64,000 nt of DNA from Thermoflexales bacterium (GTDB taxonomy: Bacteria; Chloroflexota; Anaerolineae; Fen-1058), in NCBI GenBank assembly GCA_034434835.1, contig DAOTXX010000152.1, positions 5,594 through 69,593 on the forward strand. Reading direction: 5' to 3'. Shown here piece by piece: positions 38,173-47,220 of the stretch. The notes beneath the pieces were generated by a model that saw nothing but the letters and a program-made list of their open reading frames with translations, did not search any database and was not told the origin of the DNA. The first letter of the stretch is position 1; every line of letters begins with the position of its first letter. The translations under genes were made by a program, and so were the position numbers.

Positions 38173-38853
38173 TCAACCGCTGAGACCCAGTCGCTTCTTG
38201 CGCTCGGCCAACTGGCTGTCGAGTTCGGCCTTGCCCAGCGCCGCATCCACCTGATCTTCCAGGCGAGCGGCTTCCATCTCGGCGCGCGCTTCGGCCTGAT
38301 CGAGCCGGGCGCGGATGCCCTCGGTGATGCGCGCAATGTCCGCGTCGCCCACGCCTTCCAGGTCCTTGAGCGAACGGATCGCGCCGACGGTGCGCTCCTT
38401 CGACTTGGCGAGGTCCAGCAGGGCTTGCATCTCCTCGCGCTCTTGCTTGATGGTCGTCAGCTTGGCTTCCAGCTTGAGCTTGGCGTCCATCAGCTTTTGA
38501 TATTCGACCTGGGTTTTTTGGTGGCTCTCTTGATACTCGGTGAGCAGCTTGCTGGTGGTATTGAGCTTGGCCTGTACGGCAGCGGCCAGGTCGTCCTTGC
38601 CTTGGCGGAGCAGCTCGTCAATGTTGGTATCATACTTGGCGGCCTCGGCCTGATATTGCTCCACCTTGCGCGCCAGGGTTTTGACGTTGCCGCCGACCGT
38701 CGCGGCGGCGTCTTCGAGCGCGTCCAGGTTGTTTTCGGCCTGGCGGATGTATTCATCGAACACAGCCAGGGAATTTGCCTTGAGCGCTGCATCCACCATC
38801 GCGTGCAAGTTGGCCGAGATCAGGGTACTGACTTTCTCAAGTAGCGATGCCAT
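38173..38853 (-). CDS. PspA/IM30-family protein
   Basis: MASLLEKVSTLISANLHAMVD amphipathic start, long coiled coil, LDSQLAERKKRLG end. Confidence 0.88.
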   Translation of the reverse strand: MASLLEKVSTLISANLHAMVDAALKANSLAVFDEYIRQAENNLDALEDAAATVGGNVKTLARKVEQYQAEAAKYDTNIDELLRQGKDDLAAAVQAKLNTTSKLLTEYQESHQKTQVEYQKLMDAKLKLEAKLTTIKQEREEMQALLDLAKSKERTVGAIRSLKDLEGVGDADIARITEGIRARLDQAEARAEMEAARLEDQVDAALGKAELDSQLAERKKRLGLSG

Positions 38854-39009
38854 GAGACTTTCTCCTTTGTAGAATTTTCGGTGGTCATCGTATCATACAA
38901 GCGGCTGAGCCGCTTGACGGGCGACTGACGAGGTGCTGACCGGCCTGGCTCCCGGCTCAAGTCCGGCAACTATTATACTGCAAAAAGGAGCACATCCAAC
39001 AACACAAAC

Positions 39010-39044
39010 AAAAAAAGCCCCAGGTCTCCGAGAAGCCGGGGGCT
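39010..39044 (-). terminator. Intrinsic terminator after the response regulators
   Basis: Minus strand AGCCCC...GGGGCT followed by TTTTTT. Confidence 0.65.
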
Positions 39045-39068
39045 AGATTCATCTGGGCAAGTCGCACA

Positions 39069-39470
39069 TCAGGTCAGCTGCTGCGCCGAAGCACGGGCCA
39101 TGACCCGTTCGACACTTTGCAGCAACTCTTGAAGCGAGAAAGGCTTTTTGATGTAATCATCCACCCCGGCAATGTGCTTGGCCAGGACCTCGTCAATGCC
39201 TTCTGCTTTGGCCGTGACGACGATGACGGGGATGTTTTTCATCACATCGTCGGCCTTCATCCGCCGGTAAATCTCCCAGCCGTCCATCCCGGGCAACATC
39301 AAATCGAGCAGAACCAAAACGGGACGATGTCGGCGGATGGCGTCCAAACCATCGGCACCATTTTCGGCGCCGACAATCTCCAAATCTGTCCGCTCGAGGA
39401 TCAGCCGGATCAACTCGATCACGCCCGGCTCATCTTCGATGCACACCACAGTGTTGGTTGATCGGGTCAT
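39069..39470 (-). CDS. Single-domain response regulator
   Basis: CIEDE, LLDLMLPGMDG, VTAK, DDYIKKPF. Confidence 0.93.
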   Translation of the reverse strand: MTRSTNTVVCIEDEPGVIELIRLILERTDLEIVGAENGADGLDAIRRHRPVLVLLDLMLPGMDGWEIYRRMKADDVMKNIPVIVVTAKAEGIDEVLAKHIAGVDDYIKKPFSLQELLQSVERVMARASAQQLT

Positions 39471-39503
39471 ACTACCTCACACTCGCAGGATAGCCCGTGA
39501 GGC

Positions 39504-39890
39504 TCAGTCCATTTTCCCCAGGACTTTTTCAATGCTCTGGATGAGTTCCTGCGGGCCAAAGGGTTTGGTGATATAGTCGTCCACCTTGGCAATGTGCAGG
39601 CCCAGGACTTTGTCAATGCTCTGAGCCTTGGCGGTGACAATGATGACGGGGATGTGCTTGAGATCCTCGTCAGCCTTCATCTGCTGATAGACTTCCCAGC
39701 CATCCATGCCCGGCATCATCAGGTCAAGCAACACCAGGTCGGGCTTGATACGCCGGACGGCCTCCAGTCCTTCCGCTCCTCCCGTCGCACCGGTCAGCTC
39801 GAATCCCCTGCGGCCCAGAATGAGCCGGATCAGGTCAATCATCTCGGATTCGTCCTCGATGCAGACGACAGTTCTCTTCGCTGCAGACAT
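39504..39890 (-). CDS. Single-domain response regulator (tandem paralog)
   Basis: CIEDE, LLDLMMPGMDG, VTAK, DDYITKPF. Confidence 0.93.
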   Translation of the reverse strand: MSAAKRTVVCIEDESEMIDLIRLILGRRGFELTGATGGAEGLEAVRRIKPDLVLLDLMMPGMDGWEVYQQMKADEDLKHIPVIIVTAKAQSIDKVLGLHIAKVDDYITKPFGPQELIQSIEKVLGKMD

Positions 39891-40076
39891 GGTGTTCTCC
39901 TATGCCCTTTTGAATCCTGGCGCACGTTGGCTTGATCGTCCCAGCCGCCTCGCTTCGCCAGCCTTGGCAAGCACAGAGCTCTGGGGTTTAGTTTAGCACA
40001 AGAACCCTTGCCTGTCCAGAGGCCTGGATCGGTCGCGCCATTTGGCACACACTGCTGCAATTCCTGAGACTGGCGA

Positions 40077-40955
40077 TCAAGCTCCACCCATACGCGGGTC
40101 GAACGCATCGCGCACCCCATCACCCAAAAAGTTGAATCCCAAGACGACGCTCAGGACGGCCAGGCCCGGAAAGGTTGTCAGCCACCACTGGTAGAATCGA
40201 AAGCGGCCCGTCGAGATCATCGCCCCCCATTCCGGGGTGGGCGGCACCGCGCCCAGACCAATAAAGCTCAAAGCGGCGATCGTCAGGATGACGCTGCCAG
40301 CGTCGAGCGACGCCTTGATGATGAGCGGCGCGATCGTGTTGGGGACAATGTGCCGCAGCAAGATGCGCCCATCCGGCGCGCCCAGGACACGCGCTGCCAC
40401 CACGTACTCGTTGTGCCGCACGCTGAGCACTTGACCGCGCATCAGCCGCGCGTACTCGGGCCACCAGACCAAAATCATGGCGATGACGGCGTTCTTGAGG
40501 CTTGGCCCCAGCACCGAAGCGATCGCCAGAGCCAGCACGATGGACGGAAAAGCCAGCGTAATGTCCGCCAGCCGCATGATGAGCAGGTCGAACACACCGC
40601 CGATGTAGCCCGCCAGCGCGCCGACCAGTCCGCCCAGCAAACCGGCGAACAAGATGACCAGCAAGCCCACCGGCAATGAAATCTGCGCGCCGTAGACGAC
40701 GCGGCTGAACACATCGCGTCCCAGCTCATCTGTGCCAAACAGATGCTGAATCGAAGGCGGGCTGAGGCGGGCCTCGATGGTTTGCGCCTGCGCGTCGTAT
40801 GGCGCGATGAGAGGCGCGGCGATAGCGACCACGCCCCAGATCAAAATGATCGCCGCACCAGCCATTGCCATGCGATTGCTGGTCAGGATGCGCAGGCTGC
40901 GCCGCCACGGTGATTCGGATGATATTGCTTTCGCGTTGAGTGCTACCTGATTCAT
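40077..40955 (-). CDS. Peptide/nickel ABC transporter permease (DppC/OppC-like)
   Basis: HLFGTDELGRDVFSR, EYVVAARVLGA, RHIVPN, LSFIGLG, PEWG. Confidence 0.95.
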   Translation of the reverse strand: MNQVALNAKAISSESPWRRSLRILTSNRMAMAGAAIILIWGVVAIAAPLIAPYDAQAQTIEARLSPPSIQHLFGTDELGRDVFSRVVYGAQISLPVGLLVILFAGLLGGLVGALAGYIGGVFDLLIMRLADITLAFPSIVLALAIASVLGPSLKNAVIAMILVWWPEYARLMRGQVLSVRHNEYVVAARVLGAPDGRILLRHIVPNTIAPLIIKASLDAGSVILTIAALSFIGLGAVPPTPEWGAMISTGRFRFYQWWLTTFPGLAVLSVVLGFNFLGDGVRDAFDPRMGGA

Positions 40956-40964
40956 CGTTTTTGG

Positions 40965-41056
40965 GGAGGGCGACCACTAGCCCATGCGGGCCACAAGCTG
41001 CCCCCGCACGGGGGTTGCGGTCGCCCATCGGGGACACCTGCAAGAGATGTCCCTAC
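40965..41056. repeat. REP-like hairpin cluster
   Basis: GGGACACCTGCAAGAGATGTCCCTAC (GTAG type, minus strand) and GGGCGACC...GGTCGCCC. Confidence 0.55.
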
Positions 41057-42069
41057 TCCCGGATGCGCGGATCGAGCACGCCATACAGAACGTCCACAAC
41101 CAGGTTGACCAGAATGTAGATCGCCGCGATAAGGAGTGTCGTGCCAAGCACCGCGGGATAGTCCAGGTTCGCCGCCGATTCGACCGCGTAGCGACCGATG
41201 CCCGGCCAGGCGAAAATCGTCTCGGTCATGATCGCGCCGGTCATCAACCCGGCAAAGGCCAGCCCCAGCACCGTGAGCGTCGGGATAAAGGCGTTACGCA
41301 GCGCGTGGATCAAGATCACGGTCCGCTCGCGCAAACCTTTGGCGCGCGCCGTGCGGATGTAATCCATGCGCAGCACCTCGAGCAGTGACGCGCGCGTGAT
41401 ACGGCAGATCAGCGCCAGCGTGAACCAGCCGAGCACCACGGAGGGCAAGATCAAGTGCTGCAGCGAGTTGCCGAGCGCCTGCCAGTCGCCCGCCAGTAAG
41501 GCGTCCGTCAGGTACATGCCGGTGACGGTGGGTGGGGCGACCAGGCGAGCGTCAATTCGTCCAGGGCCGGGCAGGATTTGCAGCTTGTAGTAGAACAGAA
41601 ACATCACCATCAAGCCTGACCAGAAGGGCGGCATCGAAGCTCCCAGCAACGAGACCAGTCGCGACAGATGGTCGAGCCAGCTTCCGGATTTGAGCGCGGC
41701 GACGATCCCCAGCGGCAGCCCAAAGATGAGCGCAAACAGCATCGAGGCGATGGACAGCTCGACAGTCGCCGGCAGAAAATCGGCCAGGTCTTGAGCGACC
41801 GGGCGCTTGGTCTTGAACGAGAGGCCCAGATCGCCACGCGCCAGATTCGAGAGATAGATCAGGTATTGTTCAGGGAGCGATTTGTTCAAGCCCCATTTTT
41901 CGATGGCGGCGTTGACGATGTCGGGCTTGTCCAGCGATTTTTCGCCGACGATGACGACCAGTGGATTGGCCGGGACCAGGTGAGAGACGACGAATGTGAG
42001 CAGGGTGACCCCGATGAGCATGGGGAAGACGAGCAGCAGGCGACGGATGATGTGGACGGACAGGCCCAT
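41053..42069 (-). CDS. Peptide/nickel ABC transporter permease (DppB/OppB-like)
   Basis: GDLGLSF, PATVEL, MDYIRTARAKGL, HALRNA, ETIFAWPGIG. Confidence 0.95.
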   Translation of the reverse strand: MGLSVHIIRRLLLVFPMLIGVTLLTFVVSHLVPANPLVVIVGEKSLDKPDIVNAAIEKWGLNKSLPEQYLIYLSNLARGDLGLSFKTKRPVAQDLADFLPATVELSIASMLFALIFGLPLGIVAALKSGSWLDHLSRLVSLLGASMPPFWSGLMVMFLFYYKLQILPGPGRIDARLVAPPTVTGMYLTDALLAGDWQALGNSLQHLILPSVVLGWFTLALICRITRASLLEVLRMDYIRTARAKGLRERTVILIHALRNAFIPTLTVLGLAFAGLMTGAIMTETIFAWPGIGRYAVESAANLDYPAVLGTTLLIAAIYILVNLVVDVLYGVLDPRIRE

Positions 42070-42090
42070 CGCGATCTCCGACGTGAGAAT

Positions 42091-42126
42091 AGACCTGACA
42101 GGTCTTGCAAAGCAGACCTGTCAGGT
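42091..42126. repeat. Short palindromic repeat (GACCTGACAGGTCT...AGACCTGTCAGGTC)
   Basis: Related palindromes at about 44775-44803 and 54280-54310. Confidence 0.7.
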
Positions 42127-42137
42127 CCAACAGCGGC

Positions 42138-43808
42138 TTACTTGCTCAGGTCAAAGAAGCTGACGAAATGCACCGGATGATAGGCAAAGCCCTTGACGGC
42201 CTTGCTCATCCCGGCAATGGACTGGTTCTGGTAGAGCATCGTAAAGGGCATGTCGTCCATCAGCACCTTTTGCAAGTCCTTGATGGCTTGCTCGCGCTTG
42301 GCTGGGTCAAGCTCGGTGCCGACGATCTTGGCATACTTTTCTGCTTCGGGATTCTTGTAGAGCATCCGTTTGGCGATGCCCCGATCGCTGTACGAGAAAT
42401 AATCCGTCCACATCGTCGGATCGAGATAGTCGGGCGTCCACCCGCCGAAGGCAAAGGCCAGCTTTTGCGCGCGCATGTCGCTCAGGTACACACTCTGCTC
42501 CATCGGCTTGAGGTTGACTGTGATGCCGACTTCTTTGAGGTCATTCTTGATCTTGGCCGCAATCGTCTCGCGGGTGGGGTTCGCGCCATAGGCCAGCTCG
42601 ATCGTAAAGCCTTGCTCGTACCCGGCCTCTTTGAGCAGCGCCTTGGCCTTGTTCAGGTCACGTCCTTGCGTCATCTTGGGGTCAACACCCAAAATGCCCA
42701 GTGGGATAATACTCGGGGCGCGACTGCCGTAACCGCGCAGGATCGCCTTGATCAGCCCGTCATAGTCAACGCTGAGCGCAATCGCCTGCCGCACGCGCTT
42801 GTCGGAAAGCGGTTTGGACAGCGCCGCGCTGGAGGTCATCGCCAGATAGTTTTGATCGAGCGTCTGGCCGATGACGACGTTGAGCTTGGGATCGGCCTTG
42901 GCCTGCTCGACCAGGTCTGGGTCAATGCTGGAAGCCAGGTCCGCGTCGCCGCGCTGGAGCATTTGCAGCACCGTCGTCGGGTCGGCCACGTGCTTGATGA
43001 TGACCTTGCCAAGCTTGGGCTTGCCACGCCAGTAATTTGGGTTGGCTTCCAGCACGATCTCGGATTTGGGCTTCCAACTCGTCTGGATGAACGGGCCGCT
43101 GCCTGCCGAGTTTTGATCGAGCCAGTCTTTGGCCTTGTCTGTCTTGTCGGCATCGGCGGCGTCCGTGCCGTTCTTGCTCTTGACCACTTTGCTATCTACG
43201 ATGCTCATTGCGGGCGCGGCGACGATGCTCAGGAACGCGGGCGAAGGATCGGTCAGCGTGACCTTGACGGTCGTGTCGTTCAAGACCTGCACGTTCGTGA
43301 TCACGTCGGCATAGAACGACGGATTGCCCTTGAGGTTCTTGAGGCGCGTCCACGAAAAGCGCACGTCCTCGGCCGTCACAGGATTGCCCGAGGTGAACTT
43401 GACGCCCGGATGCAGGTAAAACGTATAATTCAATCCATCGGGCGACACTTCCCACTTGTCGGCCAGGCGCGGAGAGACCTTGGTCAGATCGCTGGCCTTG
43501 AACTCGACGAGCGTGTCATAGGTCGAGTTGTGGATCATCAGGTTAGTCGTCTCGTAGGCCTGATGCGGATCGAGCGTGACCACATCGTCGAGGTTCATCA
43601 CCATGACAAGCGCGGATGGCGGAGCGGTCGTCGCCGTCGGCGGCACAGGCGTAGGCTTGGGTTGTGTGGCGGTCGGTTGTGCCGGGGCTGCTGTAGGCGC
43701 CGGAGGCTGTGTCGGCGGCGCAGGCGTCGCCGGGGCGCCGCACCCGACCAGGCTCAGGCCAAGCACGACGACGACGAGCAGGGAAAACAACAGGCGGGTC
43801 GCTTTCAT
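42138..43808 (-). CDS. Peptide ABC transporter substrate-binding lipoprotein (family 5)
   Basis: Lipobox LVGC, P/A/T linker, TLDPH, YDTLV, LADKWE, YTFYLHPGVKF, GSGPF, VRQAI. Confidence 0.95.
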   Translation of the reverse strand: MKATRLLFSLLVVVVLGLSLVGCGAPATPAPPTQPPAPTAAPAQPTATQPKPTPVPPTATTAPPSALVMVMNLDDVVTLDPHQAYETTNLMIHNSTYDTLVEFKASDLTKVSPRLADKWEVSPDGLNYTFYLHPGVKFTSGNPVTAEDVRFSWTRLKNLKGNPSFYADVITNVQVLNDTTVKVTLTDPSPAFLSIVAAPAMSIVDSKVVKSKNGTDAADADKTDKAKDWLDQNSAGSGPFIQTSWKPKSEIVLEANPNYWRGKPKLGKVIIKHVADPTTVLQMLQRGDADLASSIDPDLVEQAKADPKLNVVIGQTLDQNYLAMTSSAALSKPLSDKRVRQAIALSVDYDGLIKAILRGYGSRAPSIIPLGILGVDPKMTQGRDLNKAKALLKEAGYEQGFTIELAYGANPTRETIAAKIKNDLKEVGITVNLKPMEQSVYLSDMRAQKLAFAFGGWTPDYLDPTMWTDYFSYSDRGIAKRMLYKNPEAEKYAKIVGTELDPAKREQAIKDLQKVLMDDMPFTMLYQNQSIAGMSKAVKGFAYHPVHFVSFFDLSK

Positions 43809-43973
43809 CTCTTCCTCCTTGTGGAAATCGTGGGCGTGGGAGTGCCAGCCCACCGGCCCACGGTAGGCTCTCTTTTCCTGAGGGCTGGCTCAGGTTGAAC
43901 CGCCATGTGCTGCGATCACCTCCACACGACGGTCCAGTCCCAAGTCTACCGCGCTTTGTCTGCCTCGTCAATC

Positions 43974-44065
43974 CATTGGTGTAAACTTTAGCCCCGGAGT
44001 GCGGCCTTCAGGCCGCGTTTTATGCAGGCTGAAGCCTGCACTCCAACCTTAAGTTGACACGCATG
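43974..44065. mobile_element. 92-bp MITE, reverse complement of 23395-23486
   Basis: Identical on manual alignment. Confidence 0.85.
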
Positions 44066-44179
44066 CTCGTCAATCCGATCAGCCTGGACCGCACCGCCAC
44101 TGAATTTGACAAGCCCGATCAAGCGTCGTATACTTTTTGCATTGGTCAAGGCAAGCATTCATACCCAATAGGAGGACGG

Positions 44180-44767
44180 ATGGCCACTAGTGGATGGCAA
44201 CTTTTGATGGAACAAGGCCCACGCCCTGGGCTGACGTTTGAACTGAACAAGCCCATCATCACACTGGGGCGCGAGGCCAACAACGACATTGTCATTGAGG
44301 ATCCCCAAGTCAGCCGGCATCACGCCCGATTGACGCAGCAGGGCGCCGGTTACGCCGTCGAAGACCTGGGCAGTACGAACGGCACGTTCATCAACGGTCA
44401 CCGCGTCATGGGCACCAGGCCGCTCAACAGCGGGGATACCCTCGGCCTGGGCGATACAGTCGTGCTCAAGGTGATGGGAGTGGCCGGTGCTGGCGAGACT
44501 GTAGTCGCGCATCCGCAACCTCAGCCCGCGATGCCGTCTTATGTGCCGCCCCCTCCACCGCCCACGGCAGGCTTTGGCGCGCCGCCGCCTCCACCGCCTC
44601 TGCCAGCTCAGAAGAAAGGCTCGCGTGCGTGGCTGTGGGCCTGCGGCTGTCTGGTGTTGCTCTGTATCGTGGTCACGTTAGCCGCGGCCATCTATTTTTG
44701 GAGTAATCCCGAGCCGCTCAATGCCCTCTTTCAACTGCTCGGGGTCAGTTTGAGATTCACGCGATAA
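44180..44767 (+). CDS. FHA-domain protein with Pro-rich linker and C-terminal TM helix
   Basis: TLGREANNDIVIEDPQVSRHHA, DLGSTNGTFING; GGAGG RBS. Confidence 0.92.
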   Translation: MATSGWQLLMEQGPRPGLTFELNKPIITLGREANNDIVIEDPQVSRHHARLTQQGAGYAVEDLGSTNGTFINGHRVMGTRPLNSGDTLGLGDTVVLKVMGVAGAGETVVAHPQPQPAMPSYVPPPPPPTAGFGAPPPPPPLPAQKKGSRAWLWACGCLVLLCIVVTLAAAIYFWSNPEPLNALFQLLGVSLRFTR

Positions 44768-44810
44768 AACAATCCTCCCGCAGGCTTTGGAGCCTGCGGG
44801 AGGATTTGTG

Positions 44811-45917
44811 TCAATACCTCAATAACGCCCCTAGACCTGCCTGCGTCAATGCCTTGTGGCCGGCGACCATCTCGACGTGCCCGCCCTGCTCGAGCACTTG
44901 CTGAATGATCGTTTCGACGGCATCCGGGATGCGCGCCATCGTTCCCCCACAGAACGGACACTGGTCGAGGCGCTGACTGGTGATATACGCGCACTGCTGG
45001 CATTGAAAGCCTTCCGCCTTGTATCCTTCGGAGACCAGCAAGGTCTGGATGCGGCCCTCGTGCGCGGCGCTGAGCGTATCGTCCAGCCGAACGACTCCTC
45101 CCTTACCCTTTGCGGCCGCGGTGATCACGGCGTCGGCCAATGCGATTTCGTGCTCGTGCTCGACCTCGCTCAAAATCTTGAGCGCCTTGTCACGCACCTC
45201 GTTCTCGTTAATCGTCATATCTGCCGCGAACGTGCCGATGACGCGATCCGCCCACACGCGTGGCAGCCTGGACTTCCATTGCTTGAGCGTCTCGGTCTTG
45301 CCGCCTACCAGCAAATTGCGCGGCTGATGCGCTTCACAAAAGGCCACCGTCAGCTCGGCGGCTTCTTTCAAGTTGCGTGAGGCAACCTCGTCCTCGTGCT
45401 TGTGCGCTGTGGTATCCGTCCCGCCGCGCCGACCGCCGGTTGACCCGCCGCCCTTGAGGCGACGCACCGGCTCGCCCATCATCCCTTCCGTGCGAACCAA
45501 CTCGCCGACCTGAAACAGCAACAACCTCACGCCTTGCTTGTCCACAATTGCCACGACAAAGCGGCCAAACGTATCCCACAGGCGGACGAGCGGCGTCACG
45601 TAGGGCCTGGGGCCGACAAAGACCTGATCGGCAACTGGCACAGCCAGAGAAAATGTGCGCCAAAAATTCTGGGCGTTGCAGGAAAACACAGCCACCCCTC
45701 GCCCGCTCCAGTCATATTCCAGATCAAAAAAACGCTCAATGGCGGCAACGTCTTGATCCGCAGCCTGTCCGCCGGCATCGCGGAGCAACTGGCGTAAGGC
45801 CAGTTTGTACTCGTCCGTCGTGTGTTGAGAAGGATCAACGTTCAGATACAAACTGAGCACAGGCGCGCCTGTGCCCTTGTACTCGGCCAACTCTTGCAGG
45901 TCCTTACGACTAAACAT
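44811..45917 (-). CDS. Bacterial archaeo-eukaryotic release-factor-like protein (baeRF/Vms1-related) with C-terminal zinc ribbon
   Basis: VLSLYLNVDP, GRGVAVF, RPYVTPL, VAIVDK, LLVGG, GRIQTLLV, CQQC...CPFC, GLGALLRY. Confidence 0.85.
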   Translation of the reverse strand: MFSRKDLQELAEYKGTGAPVLSLYLNVDPSQHTTDEYKLALRQLLRDAGGQAADQDVAAIERFFDLEYDWSGRGVAVFSCNAQNFWRTFSLAVPVADQVFVGPRPYVTPLVRLWDTFGRFVVAIVDKQGVRLLLFQVGELVRTEGMMGEPVRRLKGGGSTGGRRGGTDTTAHKHEDEVASRNLKEAAELTVAFCEAHQPRNLLVGGKTETLKQWKSRLPRVWADRVIGTFAADMTINENEVRDKALKILSEVEHEHEIALADAVITAAAKGKGGVVRLDDTLSAAHEGRIQTLLVSEGYKAEGFQCQQCAYITSQRLDQCPFCGGTMARIPDAVETIIQQVLEQGGHVEMVAGHKALTQAGLGALLRY

Positions 45918-45984
45918 TGAGCCTCCTTTGAAAGGTTTAGGATGTTCCCAGGCTTGCTTCGCCCGACGCGCCAGGCGCGTCCTG

Positions 45985-47175
45985 CTACTTGGGCCGTTCG
46001 CCGAGCTTGACTTGAATCTGCATCTCCTTTCCGTCGCGCAAGATAGTCAACGTGACCACTTGCCCGACCTGGGTTTTGTTTGCCAGATAGGTGATCATCG
46101 CGTCGAAATCATTCACCAGGTTGCCATCAATCGCCAAAATAATATCGCCGCCTGCCTGAACGGCGATGCCGCGCACGCGCACCTGCTTATTGCCGCCACG
46201 AATCCCAGCCTGATCCGCCGGGCCATCCGGCGCGACCGAAGCGACCAGCACGCCGTGATCCACCGGCAGCTTGAGCGGAGCGGCCAGCTCCGGCATTGAA
46301 AAAGTCCGATCCACCGACACCCCCAGGTAAGCATAGGACACGCTACCTTTTTCGACCAGTTGTGGCACGACGCGCTTGACCGTGTTGACCGGGATGGCAA
46401 AGCCCACACCAGAATTGGCGAGGATGCCATTGCTGGTGCGGATCGCCGAGTTTACGCCGATCACCTGCCCGCGCAGGTTCAGCAGCGGGCCGCCGCTGTT
46501 ACCAGGATTGATCGCCGCATCGGTCTGGATGATCTGCGGATTCTGAAAGATGCCGGGGCTATCCAGGGTGGGCTGCCGATCCGCCGGGAGGCTGCGGCCC
46601 AGCGCACTGACGATGCCAAACGACATACTGCCTTGCAAGCCGAACGGATTGCCAATGGCGACGACGCGCTGGCCCACGCGGACCGCGTCGCTGTCGCCTA
46701 GCTCAACCGGCATCAAAAGGCTTGCCGGTACATCCACCTTGATCACGGCCAGGTCGCTATAAGCATCGGTCCCCACGATCTTGGCGGTCGCCACGCGGCC
46801 ATCGGAAAAGGTCACCTCCACCTCCGTCGCATCCGCCACGACGTGATGGTTGGTGACGATGTGCCCTTTCTGGTCAATCACAAAACCCGAGCCGGTGCCG
46901 GCCTCGATCGGCTGAGCCTCGCTTCCGCTGACGATGGTGATATTGACGACCGCCGGGTTCACGCGCAGATAGAGGTTTTCCAGCAGCGTCTCTTCGGCGG
47001 TCAACGGGCCGCCTGCCGAGGGCGGCAAGGGGGTTGGCACAACCCAAGTCGTCGGGGTCGGATTCGGCCGGGAGGGAGTGGAGGCAGGCGTGGCAGGCAC
47101 AAGGAACGACTCGGTACTGCAGGCCAACGTCAAGACAACAAACACCAATACCACCAGTAACGTGATGCGCTTCAT
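45985..47175 (-). CDS. HtrA/DegP-like serine protease with PDZ domain (lipoprotein)
   Basis: Lipobox LACS, GSGFVI, TNHHV, DLAVIK, TDAAINPGNSGGPL, PDZ. Confidence 0.95.
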   Translation of the reverse strand: MKRITLLVVLVFVVLTLACSTESFLVPATPASTPSRPNPTPTTWVVPTPLPPSAGGPLTAEETLLENLYLRVNPAVVNITIVSGSEAQPIEAGTGSGFVIDQKGHIVTNHHVVADATEVEVTFSDGRVATAKIVGTDAYSDLAVIKVDVPASLLMPVELGDSDAVRVGQRVVAIGNPFGLQGSMSFGIVSALGRSLPADRQPTLDSPGIFQNPQIIQTDAAINPGNSGGPLLNLRGQVIGVNSAIRTSNGILANSGVGFAIPVNTVKRVVPQLVEKGSVSYAYLGVSVDRTFSMPELAAPLKLPVDHGVLVASVAPDGPADQAGIRGGNKQVRVRGIAVQAGGDIILAIDGNLVNDFDAMITYLANKTQVGQVVTLTILRDGKEMQIQVKLGERPK

Positions 47176-47220
47176 TACAATCACTCCCAAAGGATGACAA
47201 GGCGATCTGGGATCTCCCTG

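Noticed and set aside
40043-40060. Sigma54 promoter TGGCAC...TGC
   Set aside because: GG-to-GC spacing is 11 rather than 10, and it points away from any plus-strand gene.
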